IMG/VR virus record: IMGVR_UViG_3300007513_001104
DNA: 64,000 nucleotides
Strand: one strand, 5' to 3'
Origin: a virus
The translations under genes were made by a program, and so were the position numbers. The notes under the pieces are model-generated. The model was not told the origin of the DNA. It made no database searches and worked only from the letters and a program-made list of their open reading frames with translations. Every line of letters starts with the position of its first letter. The first letter of the stretch is position 1. Below, piece by piece: positions 10,399 through 19,988 of this stretch.

Positions 10399-10785
10399 TT
10401 ATATTTTCCTTAAAACTTCTATTAACTCATCATTCAATGGAACATCTGTTTCTATATTCTTTGGTAGGTTAGCGGAATAAACTACTTCCTCTGGAATCCT
10501 ATCTAAAAATACTAAAAACGTTTTCAAATTACTCCAATATTTTTCCTCTAGTTTGAAAAACAACATTTCTGTCGTTGCATTTCCAAACACATTATATAAA
10601 AGAACGAGATGATTTATAATCAACCTTTCATTTGGATCGCCTGTCTTTTCATATCTGTTAAACAAGCGTTTCAAATATTTAAATCGTTTTAAATCATCTT
10701 CTAATTCCGACATTCCCGTACATGACGGGTTGTCGTAATGTTTAATGGCAAAAATCAAAAAATTATCATTATTTAGTTCAGTCAT
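10399..10785 (-). CDS. conserved T4-like hypothetical protein
   Basis: ELNNDNFLIFAIKHYDNPSC...EDDLKRFKYLKRL...LIINH, a family common in marine T4-like phages. Confidence 0.75.
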   Translation of the reverse strand: MTELNNDNFLIFAIKHYDNPSCTGMSELEDDLKRFKYLKRLFNRYEKTGDPNERLIINHLVLLYNVFGNATTEMLFFKLEEKYWSNLKTFLVFLDRIPEEVVYSANLPKNIETDVPLNDELIEVLRKI

Positions 10786-10787
10786 TA

Positions 10788-11234
10788 TTAAGCCACGGTT
10801 GCTGTCCCTCCAATGAAGTACCATTTTGCTAACCCTGTATCATATAATAATGTGGCTGAGTGTCCAGCCTGGCTAAAAGATATACTATTAGCCGTATTTG
10901 AATTTGCTAAGGTTACTGTATGGCCACCGGCATTGGAAGACATTATAATAATTTTTATCTGTCCATCCGATCCAGCAGCTAGAGTACATTCTCCTGCTGC
11001 TGAAACATCATTGATCCATGTAACATTAGTGGTTAATTGTATAGCTGCTGCTGCAGTAATTGTATCGTGATCTCCTATTGAAATCTTATCATTAAATACT
11101 GCGGGAGTTGCTATGTTTCCAAATAATGCTGCATTTGTAAGTGATTTAGAGTCTGTACCCTGAACCAAATACAATTTATCGGCAGCGGCTGCATTTGTTG
11201 CAGCCGTAAGATCTGATACTTTACTATCTGCCAT
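10788..11234 (-). CDS. putative virion structural protein
   Basis: MADSKVSDLT start; Ala/Thr/Gly-rich beta protein; GGAG RBS. Confidence 0.65.
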   Translation of the reverse strand: MADSKVSDLTAATNAAAADKLYLVQGTDSKSLTNAALFGNIATPAVFNDKISIGDHDTITAAAAIQLTTNVTWINDVSAAGECTLAAGSDGQIKIIIMSSNAGGHTVTLANSNTANSISFSQAGHSATLLYDTGLAKWYFIGGTATVA

Positions 11235-11246
11235 TAGTAACTCCTA

Positions 11247-11831
11247 TTACGCTACGACTGTTATTGTACCAGCTGCTGTACCTATACTTGCTGCACTTGT
11301 GATAGTGGAAGCTGTGTTAGTTCCATTATCTTTAATTGTGCCTGAATTTAATGCAAGTGGATTGGCTCCAAAGCTTAATACGTCATTGGCGTTTGTAGCT
11401 GCGTTTGCTGCTGCAATAACAAGTGAGAACACTAATTCATTGGTACCTGTACCACTAGCGTATGATAATACATGTGGTCCACGGCCTGAACCAGAACCTT
11501 GGTTACCATTGGTAACTGATAGTTGTGGTGTTCCTGTTACTGCTACTTCTTCATTGAATCTTACTCTAGCTGAAAGCGTAAAGCCTGCTGACTTATCTGC
11601 TGCTGTTGTAATCCATTCAATTTCTGTTATATCTGCTGCTCCAAGATTAGTTGTTAGAGAAGACATGGCTACTAGAACTTCTGGATCAGCGCCTGTACGG
11701 CCATTTCCTGTCATAGTAGATCCTGCTTCAACTACCCAACCTTGAGTGCTAGCATATACTTCTTTTTTCTGAGCAGTTGTTAACCATTTAGGCTTACTTT
11801 CATCTGCGTCTGTTGCTCCCCAATTTGGCAT
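11247..11831 (-). CDS. putative virion structural protein (Ig-like C-terminus)
   Basis: MPNWG..DESKPKWL start; FNEEVAVTGTPQL...YASGTGTNELVF Ig-like pattern. Confidence 0.7.
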   Translation of the reverse strand: MPNWGATDADESKPKWLTTAQKKEVYASTQGWVVEAGSTMTGNGRTGADPEVLVAMSSLTTNLGAADITEIEWITTAADKSAGFTLSARVRFNEEVAVTGTPQLSVTNGNQGSGSGRGPHVLSYASGTGTNELVFSLVIAAANAATNANDVLSFGANPLALNSGTIKDNGTNTASTITSAASIGTAAGTITVVA

Positions 11832-11841
11832 TTTTTTTCTC

Positions 11842-13800
11842 CTATTCTACGTGTTTTTTAAAATTGTCATGTGATGCATGAGCGTGATCTTGCATCTTTA
11901 GTTTATCTGCCGGCTTGTGCTTCATATATCTATCTAAAAATTTATGTGCATGTGCCGAACTCACTTTATGAGTCTTTCCGTCTTTAAACTTGACTCCATC
12001 GTGCTTATCACCTAATGATACTGCCTTTCTCATTTGAGCGACAATATGTTCTGGGCCTTTATTCTCAGAACCATCATGTTTACTTTTTCCAGGCTTTGGG
12101 TCCTTTTTAACAGGAGCCATTCCTCTACCCGAATCTTGTTTAATATCTCTTAAGGCATCCTGTTTGGCGCCTTCTTGGACATCGTTATATAATCTGTCTG
12201 TTTCCTTTTGAAGTTCTACATTAGGATCTATTACTAAAGGATCAGGACTTAATACGTCTCTAACTGTTTTGTGAACATCTCTAATCGCCTGATTAGGTGT
12301 CTTAGGCAATGGATTTTCCTCTTCGCCATCTGTTTCTGTTTCTTCTCTTGTGTATGTAGTCTTTCCGCCGTATCCTGTAACTTTGCCGTCTTTGTTTTTA
12401 GAAACAAATCGTTGGCTAGATTTGACTTTAAGCCCCATACTCTTTTCCATAGACTTGACTGCTTTTGAAGCGTCTTTTAATTTAACTGCTCCACCAATTC
12501 CACCTTCTTCTAACTCGGATTCTTTTAGTTTAAGTTTTTTCTCTGCTCTTTCCAAATTCTTCGTATCTTTAGGCCATTGAACATTGGCATTGCCAATTCT
12601 TTCTTGTTTAGCCTTCTTATAACTCTTTAAAGTCTTTGGTGAAAGTTCAGTCAAATCCTGTTCTTTAACTACCTTCTTTTTCTTAGCATAAGAAATAGTT
12701 TTCTTACTAGCTGCTTGTTTAGACAACCAGTTAGGATCTTTTCTCTTTGCTCTACCTTCACTGCTGTCATCAAAGTATCCATGACCTAAAGCATAATCTT
12801 TAAGTCTACCTTCTTCTAAAGGATGTTCTAATTCTTCGTTGGCATGTTTTAGATGTTTCTGAGCTTCCGGATGATCTGATAGGCCTTTCTTAACCTTTTC
12901 CATTGCTTTGGCTGCTCCGGAATAATTACCACCTTTGTATCTCTTATCAAAAGCTATACCCTTTGCCATCTTAAGATGTTTTTTGGTTATTGTTTCATCT
13001 AAATCGTTAAAAAATTCTTTTTTCTCTTCTTGAGGAATATCTCTGATGTTCTCGACGCCTTTATCTTCTAATGACTTATTAAGGTGCTCTTTGTAAGCCG
13101 CGTTAAACGCTAAAATATCTTTGGTTATTTCAGACTCTCTTACACTTGACTTCTCTTTTTCTTTTCTCAGAGACTTAGGTAGGTCTGATAAATCACGTTT
13201 CCTACGTTTAAATTTCTTATCAATTAAACCTTCTCCAAGTTTTGGCCTCTTGTCTGTTCCTTTAGTCTCTTCTACATCAGGTTTGCCTGACTGTTTAGGA
13301 CCATCGGTAATTTCTGGGACTACTGAACCGCCTTGTTTAGGTGACTCTTTATCTCCCTCATGTTTGTCTGCTGGGCGATTAGCGCCTCTTGCATGTTCTT
13401 CTTTCATGTCTTCTTCCTCTGCATTAGATTGGCCGAGTCCATTTGTGTCTTTAAGTTTTTTGCCAGAAGCTTTCTTTTTGACCTTCTTGTCTCTTTTAGC
13501 TTCTTGCTCATCTTTGTTGCCATCATATATGATGACATCTTCTTCACTTATCACGCCTGTTTCCTCGGTCTGATATTTAGTCTTTTGAGTGTGTAACCTA
13601 GCTCTATTATATGTAATGTCGTCTCCAAATTGAAACCCCATCATTGAATCGAGCAACTGTCTCAAAGCTTGTCTTTCATAAGGTGTTAAAACCTTACCCA
13701 TTTTAATACTCGCCAAAGCTCTGTGTAATATGGGTAACTGTCTAGCTGGCATCATGCCTTGCCTAATCAGTCTATCTAGTCTTTGATTAATACTTTCCAC
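11842..13800 (-). CDS. Lys/Glu-rich putative internal head polyprotein
   Basis: Late promoter upstream. Modules separated by xxEE / LxE sites, an ELSPKTLKSY module and a His-rich C-terminus. Confidence 0.65.
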   Translation of the reverse strand: MESINQRLDRLIRQGMMPARQLPILHRALASIKMGKVLTPYERQALRQLLDSMMGFQFGDDITYNRARLHTQKTKYQTEETGVISEEDVIIYDGNKDEQEAKRDKKVKKKASGKKLKDTNGLGQSNAEEEDMKEEHARGANRPADKHEGDKESPKQGGSVVPEITDGPKQSGKPDVEETKGTDKRPKLGEGLIDKKFKRRKRDLSDLPKSLRKEKEKSSVRESEITKDILAFNAAYKEHLNKSLEDKGVENIRDIPQEEKKEFFNDLDETITKKHLKMAKGIAFDKRYKGGNYSGAAKAMEKVKKGLSDHPEAQKHLKHANEELEHPLEEGRLKDYALGHGYFDDSSEGRAKRKDPNWLSKQAASKKTISYAKKKKVVKEQDLTELSPKTLKSYKKAKQERIGNANVQWPKDTKNLERAEKKLKLKESELEEGGIGGAVKLKDASKAVKSMEKSMGLKVKSSQRFVSKNKDGKVTGYGGKTTYTREETETDGEEENPLPKTPNQAIRDVHKTVRDVLSPDPLVIDPNVELQKETDRLYNDVQEGAKQDALRDIKQDSGRGMAPVKKDPKPGKSKHDGSENKGPEHIVAQMRKAVSLGDKHDGVKFKDGKTHKVSSAHAHKFLDRYMKHKPADKLKMQDHAHASHDNFKKHVE

Positions 13801-13821
13801 TCATTTTCCTCTTATTACTTG

Positions 13822-13829
13822 TATTTATA
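13822..13829 (-). promoter_or_regulatory. T4 late promoter TATAAATA
   Basis: Exact gp55 consensus upstream of the 652-aa gene. Confidence 0.8.
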
Positions 13830-13840
13830 CATTCCGGCCA

Positions 13841-15385
13841 CTAGATAGCCAATTTCTTTTGTTTATACGTTTCTATAAAGTTCTTTGCATATTCACTTGG
13901 TATTGGTAACTCGCTTTGTAGTTTGGACATATCTTCCCATTTATATTGTGGATCTATTAACCAATTATGATAGCCAAATGGCAATGGTGGCTGATCAGTT
14001 CCCGTTGTGTACCACTCATGTTCCAAAAAGTTTATTACTTCATACAAATCTAGAGTATCTGATTTCCAGTTCATAAAAGATACTTCTTCCTGGAATGTGC
14101 TTTCTTCTGTTTTATATACAGTTTTATTAGGATTTTCTTCTCTTTTCTTAAGAGCTTCATACATTTTGCCATATCTTTTTTGAGGACCATCTTTCCATGT
14201 TCTATTGCCTATAATAGTTTCTGTAAATCCGTATTTTGCTGGGTCTTTTGAAAATCTGCTTTGTTCATCGTATGGTCTTGGGTCACTAGGTATCCACAAA
14301 GGATTGATTAAAGCAGTTTGGCCTTGCCAATTATTTTCTAACCATCTTTTTGTTTCCCTTAGAGTATCTAAAGTTTCATATGGTAAACCAGCAATTAAAT
14401 TTATATGTCCCTGAAAAAATCCTTGCTGCTTAGCCCAATGTTTGTAATTTAAAAGACCATCTTGTAGTTTAACAGTTTCCATGCCCTTTCCTACCGACTT
14501 TCCTGAAGGTCTATGGAAAGATTCAATGCCATAGAATTGAGAATTTAATCCTAAATCATGTATCATTTGCCAGTCATCTGGTTTAGAAACTAATAAATCT
14601 CCTCGAATATAACCTGCCATATTAGGTTTAAAGGGTAGTTTTTTAATTTGATTAGCATATCTGTATAGCTTTTCTGTGTAATCGTTTACTGTTTCGTCTG
14701 CTATTGAGTAGTTAGTTACACCCCATTTTTCATAATTTGTAAGTAATTCATTATATAAATTGTCCTCTGCTCTGCTGTGATCTTCTTTAATTCCTCTATG
14801 GGTTAGTGTACAGAAGTGGCAATTAAATATACAACCACGGCCAAACTCTACTGTAAGGACCTCCTGTGGCTGGATATGATCCCTATCTTCGTAATAAGTA
14901 GATAAGTCTTTTAATTGTGCTGCAGGATAATCATGTGTTGCATCTATACGACGGTAAGGATGTCCATTAAGCCACATGTGATCTGAATACTTTGGATTGC
15001 CTTTAAGAATAGCAGTTATGGCCAATTCTCCGTAACCGTGTACCACATAATCAATTGGTAATCCTTCTACATTATATAATGATTGAGAGCCTGCTACGAT
15101 TAAAACGTCAGGATATTCTTTTTTAAACCAGGGTACAAATTTATATAGATGTTTAAATCTAATTGAGAATGTAGCGCTTAGGCCTAAGAATTTTGTTTTG
15201 TTTGTTACTCGTTGGCGGGAGAACTCTTTTAACTCATCTAGAGTCCAAGAGTTTACAAAGTCTAGAACTTCTATATCCCAACCTTCTCGTCTTAAGTGTG
15301 TTGCTATTTTGTGAGCTCCTGGAGCTCTTTTGATTGAATCATAATAATAGTCAACCACACCACCCATAATAATACCGTGGTTCAT
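13841..15385 (-). CDS. cobalamin-binding-type radical SAM enzyme
   Basis: N-terminal B12-binding-like region (GLSATF...IVAGS...HGYGE); RGCIFNCHFC; YGIESF; LIAGLPYET. Confidence 0.8.
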   Translation of the reverse strand: MNHGIIMGGVVDYYYDSIKRAPGAHKIATHLRREGWDIEVLDFVNSWTLDELKEFSRQRVTNKTKFLGLSATFSIRFKHLYKFVPWFKKEYPDVLIVAGSQSLYNVEGLPIDYVVHGYGELAITAILKGNPKYSDHMWLNGHPYRRIDATHDYPAAQLKDLSTYYEDRDHIQPQEVLTVEFGRGCIFNCHFCTLTHRGIKEDHSRAEDNLYNELLTNYEKWGVTNYSIADETVNDYTEKLYRYANQIKKLPFKPNMAGYIRGDLLVSKPDDWQMIHDLGLNSQFYGIESFHRPSGKSVGKGMETVKLQDGLLNYKHWAKQQGFFQGHINLIAGLPYETLDTLRETKRWLENNWQGQTALINPLWIPSDPRPYDEQSRFSKDPAKYGFTETIIGNRTWKDGPQKRYGKMYEALKKREENPNKTVYKTEESTFQEEVSFMNWKSDTLDLYEVINFLEHEWYTTGTDQPPLPFGYHNWLIDPQYKWEDMSKLQSELPIPSEYAKNFIETYKQKKLAI

Positions 15386-15396
15386 ATTGTTATTTA

Positions 15397-16266
15397 TTAC
15401 ACTTTTAGAAAACTATATATCATGTCGGCATAATCGTCATGTGAGTTCTGGCCAGGGTGGGCATTGTCCATAGGGGCTCTGTCATGCCATTCCCATCTAG
15501 GTAATGATACATCAGGATAATCTTTCAGGAGGCCAAATGATACATCTCTTGCATAACCACCCATTGCCAATTTTATTTTCTTTTGTCTAGCTATTCTTGC
15601 TATGTTATCTACATGTTTCCATAAAAATAATTGTAATGGCACTCCTTCCTTACCTGCTTTAATTTCATCATTTAGTTCGTCGTATTGTTTCTCATCAAAA
15701 TTACAAAGTAACTGAACCCACTCCTTACTGTGCGGAACGATATTTGTTAGTGCTCCTAATACCTTAAACTGCTGATCTCTAAAAGATAATAATTTAATCT
15801 CAGGGAATGAAACTATTGCTATATCAATATCCATTAAATGAGTTACTAATTGGAATTTCTTGTGTACGACTAACATGTTGGCTCCTGCCGAACCAAAATT
15901 ATATACACCGTAATTAGGAGGTAGTTTTTCTTGTAGTCTCTTAGGAAAACTATACTCTACACCCGCTCCCATAACATCACTAGAGCCAAAGCATCCTACC
16001 TTAATCTTTCTTTCTAAAGGAAAATCATCTCTATGATTGTATTTGTTAATTTGATAATTCCAAGGATAATCTTCCCAACCGTATAATGTAGATGTTTCTA
16101 CAGGGCCTTTAAAATCTTTTAATATACCATAGGGTGCTAGATCATCTAATGTTTTAAAGTCTTTGAAATTTTTTGCTATAAATTGTTCACTAGCGTAGTT
16201 GTTTTTCAGCGAGTCTTGAGATAAAACCTTCTTCAACCATCCTGAATAAGTCACTTTGTCTGCCAT
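15397..16266 (-). CDS. SGNH-hydrolase-like protein
   Basis: GCFGSSDVMG, YNFGSAGAN, DNAHPG..SH blocks. Confidence 0.55.
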   Translation of the reverse strand: MADKVTYSGWLKKVLSQDSLKNNYASEQFIAKNFKDFKTLDDLAPYGILKDFKGPVETSTLYGWEDYPWNYQINKYNHRDDFPLERKIKVGCFGSSDVMGAGVEYSFPKRLQEKLPPNYGVYNFGSAGANMLVVHKKFQLVTHLMDIDIAIVSFPEIKLLSFRDQQFKVLGALTNIVPHSKEWVQLLCNFDEKQYDELNDEIKAGKEGVPLQLFLWKHVDNIARIARQKKIKLAMGGYARDVSFGLLKDYPDVSLPRWEWHDRAPMDNAHPGQNSHDDYADMIYSFLKV

Positions 16267-16270
16267 GATA

Positions 16271-18169
16271 TTAGCCTACTGAGAAACTGAACGCTTTATA
16301 TGCTTTTGATTTTCCTTTGAGTGTTGGTCCACCAGTACCAATACGTGATTTGAATTTTTTAGGTTTAGGTGCTTTGTACTTGCCTGGTTTTTTAATTGCG
16401 TATTTTTTAGCTTTTTTTCCAGAAGCACCACGTATTGGTTTGGCTGCTTTAAATTTCTTACTGACTGTTGCACTTCTTTTGCCTCTATTTTTCATACGAT
16501 TAATTTCGTTCTTTCTTAACTGAGGCATTAATTTAACAGAAATACGACTAACTAACGGCTGGAATCTTTTTATCATTCTTTCTAAACGTGCTTTCTCTGC
16601 TGGTGGTAGAGTGGATCTGTCCCTGCCTCTTAATAGACGTTTATAAACCATAAGTCTTGCACCACGTGTTGCCCTACGTTTTAATCTATCTGGAGTAGAG
16701 CCACGTCTAAGTGCTATACCACGTGCTACTTTTAATTTTTGTCTATTACGTCTAGCAGCAAAACGTCTTTTCATACGTCCTTGTACGGATAATTCTTCCG
16801 TAACTGCAATATCATTTAAAGAATCACCATCAAAGTCATCATAAGCTAATTCATCTGGATCATATAATCCCATTTTAACTTCTTGATCAAATGTTATGTT
16901 CTCTGCTTCTTTATCTAATGCTTTAACATCTTCCCAAGTAATTTCTCCACCTTCATATGCTCCTGTAAGGATGCCATCTAAGTTTGATTGCCATTGTGCA
17001 TTTACTGCATTGTCTTCAGGGTATTTTTCTTTGGAGTATTCAGCCTGTAATGGATTTATTTGATCTAAATTAAACCCTTTATCTTCTGTTACTTTAACAC
17101 CCTTCTCATCTTGTGGCTTTCTTGCTTTAATGTTTAAGGGTTTAATGGGATCATTTGCTGGATTGTCTTGTCCTGGTGTTAGCTTTTTAAAATAATCTCT
17201 TCCAATATCTGTGCCCCACTCATGACTGCCAGGACCCATTGCTGCTTTATATTCTGCTGTTTCAAAGATCCAACCTATCTTACTATTAATAGAATCGCCT
17301 GCTGCTAATGCTTTTTGTCCTATAGACCATGCTGGCTTAGGATATCTTTTTAAATTTTTGCCGATCCATTTGCCCTTAGGCTTATCGGATTTTAACGTGT
17401 AGGAACCTATTACGTTAGACTTAGGACTTGAAAAAACAAACGCTCCATCTTTACCGCTGTCTTTTTTCTTAACTTTTTTAACTGGTTTTTTAATAGGACG
17501 ACCAGAAGCTGCGTCTTCTCTCTGTATCTGTGGGTGATGACTATCTTGTCCTACTCCCATTGACGGCCCTTTCCTAATCTTTTTTTTTGTCTTTTTAGCA
17601 TAATGCTTAGCCATTTGATCTAGCTCTTTATCTGAAGGTCGTTTACTCCAGCTCTTAGGTGGATCGTAGTCTTTAGGAAATTTAATATCTTCTGCAAACC
17701 TAGCTTTTAATGCTGTCCTGGCATGCCTCATTTTCATTTCTTTTTTCCAATCACCCTGAGGGCCTGGCTTCAATCCCAATTTCTTTCTAATTTTGTTTTT
17801 AATTCTTTGTTTACCTTCTGTATATTCAGGCTCAAATTGTTGTGTAAAGGTTCCTTCTGCATAGGCCTTTTTGGTTGAATGTTTCCCTTTACCCCACATA
17901 CTATTTTTAACATCTTTCATAGTGGGTGTAGGTTTTCTTGTAGACGATATTACTTTTTTACTTAATATTTTTTTACTTAAAGCTTTGGTTGCTTTAATTT
18001 GTTTGTGTTTTTGACTCCAGCCCTTGTCTTGTCTTTCTAGATAATCTGCTGTTTTATAAACTGGATATTGTTCGTTAAAATCTTTCCACGCTGTTGCGTA
18101 AGCTATAGATTTTTCTCTTTTGGTGAGTTTGCCGTCCTTGGCGTAACTCTTTTTGATGTGTTTGACCAT
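16271..18169 (-). CDS. basic putative internal head / prohead-core-like protein; likely C-terminal part of a frameshift fusion
   Basis: SIAYATAWK, EWGTD...TPGQ and ELSVQGRMKRR...KRRATRGAR modules plus an H1-like tail. The frame stays open upstream of the ATG back to the A9 run. Confidence 0.7.
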   Translation of the reverse strand: MVKHIKKSYAKDGKLTKREKSIAYATAWKDFNEQYPVYKTADYLERQDKGWSQKHKQIKATKALSKKILSKKVISSTRKPTPTMKDVKNSMWGKGKHSTKKAYAEGTFTQQFEPEYTEGKQRIKNKIRKKLGLKPGPQGDWKKEMKMRHARTALKARFAEDIKFPKDYDPPKSWSKRPSDKELDQMAKHYAKKTKKKIRKGPSMGVGQDSHHPQIQREDAASGRPIKKPVKKVKKKDSGKDGAFVFSSPKSNVIGSYTLKSDKPKGKWIGKNLKRYPKPAWSIGQKALAAGDSINSKIGWIFETAEYKAAMGPGSHEWGTDIGRDYFKKLTPGQDNPANDPIKPLNIKARKPQDEKGVKVTEDKGFNLDQINPLQAEYSKEKYPEDNAVNAQWQSNLDGILTGAYEGGEITWEDVKALDKEAENITFDQEVKMGLYDPDELAYDDFDGDSLNDIAVTEELSVQGRMKRRFAARRNRQKLKVARGIALRRGSTPDRLKRRATRGARLMVYKRLLRGRDRSTLPPAEKARLERMIKRFQPLVSRISVKLMPQLRKNEINRMKNRGKRSATVSKKFKAAKPIRGASGKKAKKYAIKKPGKYKAPKPKKFKSRIGTGGPTLKGKSKAYKAFSFSVG

Positions 18170-18195
18170 ACGCTCGTGTTTAGCGGATGGTGGCG

Positions 18196-19287
18196 CTACT
18201 TCGCTAATCTTTTTTTTTGGGGGCGACCAAAAGAACCTATTTGGCCTATTGGGTTTTTGCTAGCATCTACTGATAACCCTGTACGTTTCTCTGCTGCTTT
18301 AATGGATTTTCTTGCTTTTTCTAAACCACCAGACATTAATTTGGATAGGCTTTCTACCACTCTTTCTTGTTCATGAACCAAGCCTACAGTCTTGCCTTTC
18401 TTGTCTTTTACTGGTTTTCCTGTTTTTGAATATTCTTTTTTAAATATTTGCTTACCAGCTCTTCTAATATTCTTCATCTGTTTAGAATCTAACTCATGAG
18501 GTGGTGTATCAGAAAGAACTTTATGTGTATATCTTTTTAATGTAGCAGGCGATAGTTCTTGTAAATCGTTAAACTCTCTAAAGTGACGTGCATATGGACC
18601 ATACTTCTTTTTTAATCTTGCTTTAGCTTTTTTGGCATCAGCATCTGAAATTCTAAATCCGCCTGTATCATGCTTTGCTCTTTCTAACTTTCTTTGTTTT
18701 TCGTCTTGTCTTTCTGCTTTTGATTTTTTAGCTGCGTCCTTGTTACCTTTTAGTAAAAGAGATGATGGGTACTTCTCTTCTTTTTGAACATGATGTCTTT
18801 TAGGTGAACCACAGCTTCTACATTGATCACTTCTATTTTTCTCTGCGCCACAATCTCCACAGTCCCAACCTGTTTTGGCTGCTCTGCCACCGTCGTACAT
18901 TTTTCTGGCTTCTCTAATATCTTCTACAACATTTTCAGGTATATCTAAATACTCTGCTGTTTCCTTTACAGACCAATTAGTTTTAATACCTTTCTTTTTC
19001 ATTTCTTTTTCTATTCTTTTATTGTGTAGCGCCATTGTTTTCTTATCAGTGTCTCCACCTGGGTCTGATTCAATAATGTTTGAAATTCTTTCATAAAGTC
19101 CACGATCACCGGAAAGTCTTCCTCGTTTACTAACCTTTCTTAAATCGTCTTTTGCCACTCTTCTTGCTCCTTTAGAGCCGGCTCGTTTACTTTGTTTAGC
19201 TGCTGCTGGAGAATAACCACCGGAAGTTCGGCCCCATGTGCCTGCTTTAAGTCTTCCAATTTTTTTGTCAGTATTACTGTTAGTCAT
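18196..19287 (-). CDS. basic putative internal head protein; N-terminal part of the probable fusion
   Basis: Lys/Arg-rich; LQELSPATLKRY module; WDCGDC...CRSC zinc finger. Confidence 0.7.
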   Translation of the reverse strand: MTNSNTDKKIGRLKAGTWGRTSGGYSPAAAKQSKRAGSKGARRVAKDDLRKVSKRGRLSGDRGLYERISNIIESDPGGDTDKKTMALHNKRIEKEMKKKGIKTNWSVKETAEYLDIPENVVEDIREARKMYDGGRAAKTGWDCGDCGAEKNRSDQCRSCGSPKRHHVQKEEKYPSSLLLKGNKDAAKKSKAERQDEKQRKLERAKHDTGGFRISDADAKKAKARLKKKYGPYARHFREFNDLQELSPATLKRYTHKVLSDTPPHELDSKQMKNIRRAGKQIFKKEYSKTGKPVKDKKGKTVGLVHEQERVVESLSKLMSGGLEKARKSIKAAEKRTGLSVDASKNPIGQIGSFGRPQKKRLAK

Positions 19288-19675
19288 CCTCTACGCCAAT
19301 TTGTGCCTTATATTCATTATTTATACTTTTTTCATAGTAGACAATGATAGTTTTCTGCTGTTCTATATATCTTTTTAATTCTCCCATGTTTAGGGATAGA
19401 TTTTCATAGTCAGGGACACTAATAGCGAAGAAAACAAAGTCTCCGTAGTCTTTTTCAAATTTTTCTTTAAATTCTTCGAAGTTATCTGCTGTTACAGCAT
19501 AAAACTGTACAGGATATAGATTAACACCCTGTGGGTGACCCATTATAGGTATGTTTCTCTCTACAAACTTTGTCTGTACCTGTACTTCTTTTGGTAATAA
19601 ACTACAGCTACTCAGGCTTATCAGCAGTGGTAGCAGTAGAATCTTCAAAGTCTTCGAATAACTTTTTTGTTGCAT
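19280..19675 (-). CDS. outer-membrane lipoprotein, o-spanin (Rz1-like)
   Basis: Signal peptide with lipobox LSSC; overlaps the 3' end of the i-spanin candidate. Confidence 0.65.
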   Translation of the reverse strand: MQQKSYSKTLKILLLPLLISLSSCSLLPKEVQVQTKFVERNIPIMGHPQGVNLYPVQFYAVTADNFEEFKEKFEKDYGDFVFFAISVPDYENLSLNMGELKRYIEQQKTIIVYYEKSINNEYKAQIGVEDD

Positions 19676-19988
19676 TATTTACTCTCGTTTCTATTAACCC
19701 AGGTTTCCTCAGGGTTAGCATTGTTAAATCATGTGATCTTAATTTTTCTTGTAAGGCATCGCCATATTCTTCTGATGCTTGTAATTTTACTTTCAATTCA
19801 TCGTTGGCTAGTTGGAAAGCTCTATTATCTAGCGTCATTTGATCTATTGTTTCTTGGTTAGTTGTTGCTGCTATTGCTAATGCAGCATTATTTTCTGTTA
19901 GTCTTTCTATCTTTCTTTCTGACATCCAATAATAACCGCCAAAAGCTAGTATCATCGCAACTATTATTCCTATGAGTATTTTACTCAT
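19608..19988 (-). CDS. inner-membrane i-spanin (Rz-like)
   Basis: Single N-terminal TM followed by coiled coil, KPGLIE..VN motif, adjacent lipoprotein. Confidence 0.65.
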   Translation of the reverse strand: MSKILIGIIVAMILAFGGYYWMSERKIERLTENNAALAIAATTNQETIDQMTLDNRAFQLANDELKVKLQASEEYGDALQEKLRSHDLTMLTLRKPGLIETRVNNATKKLFEDFEDSTATTADKPE

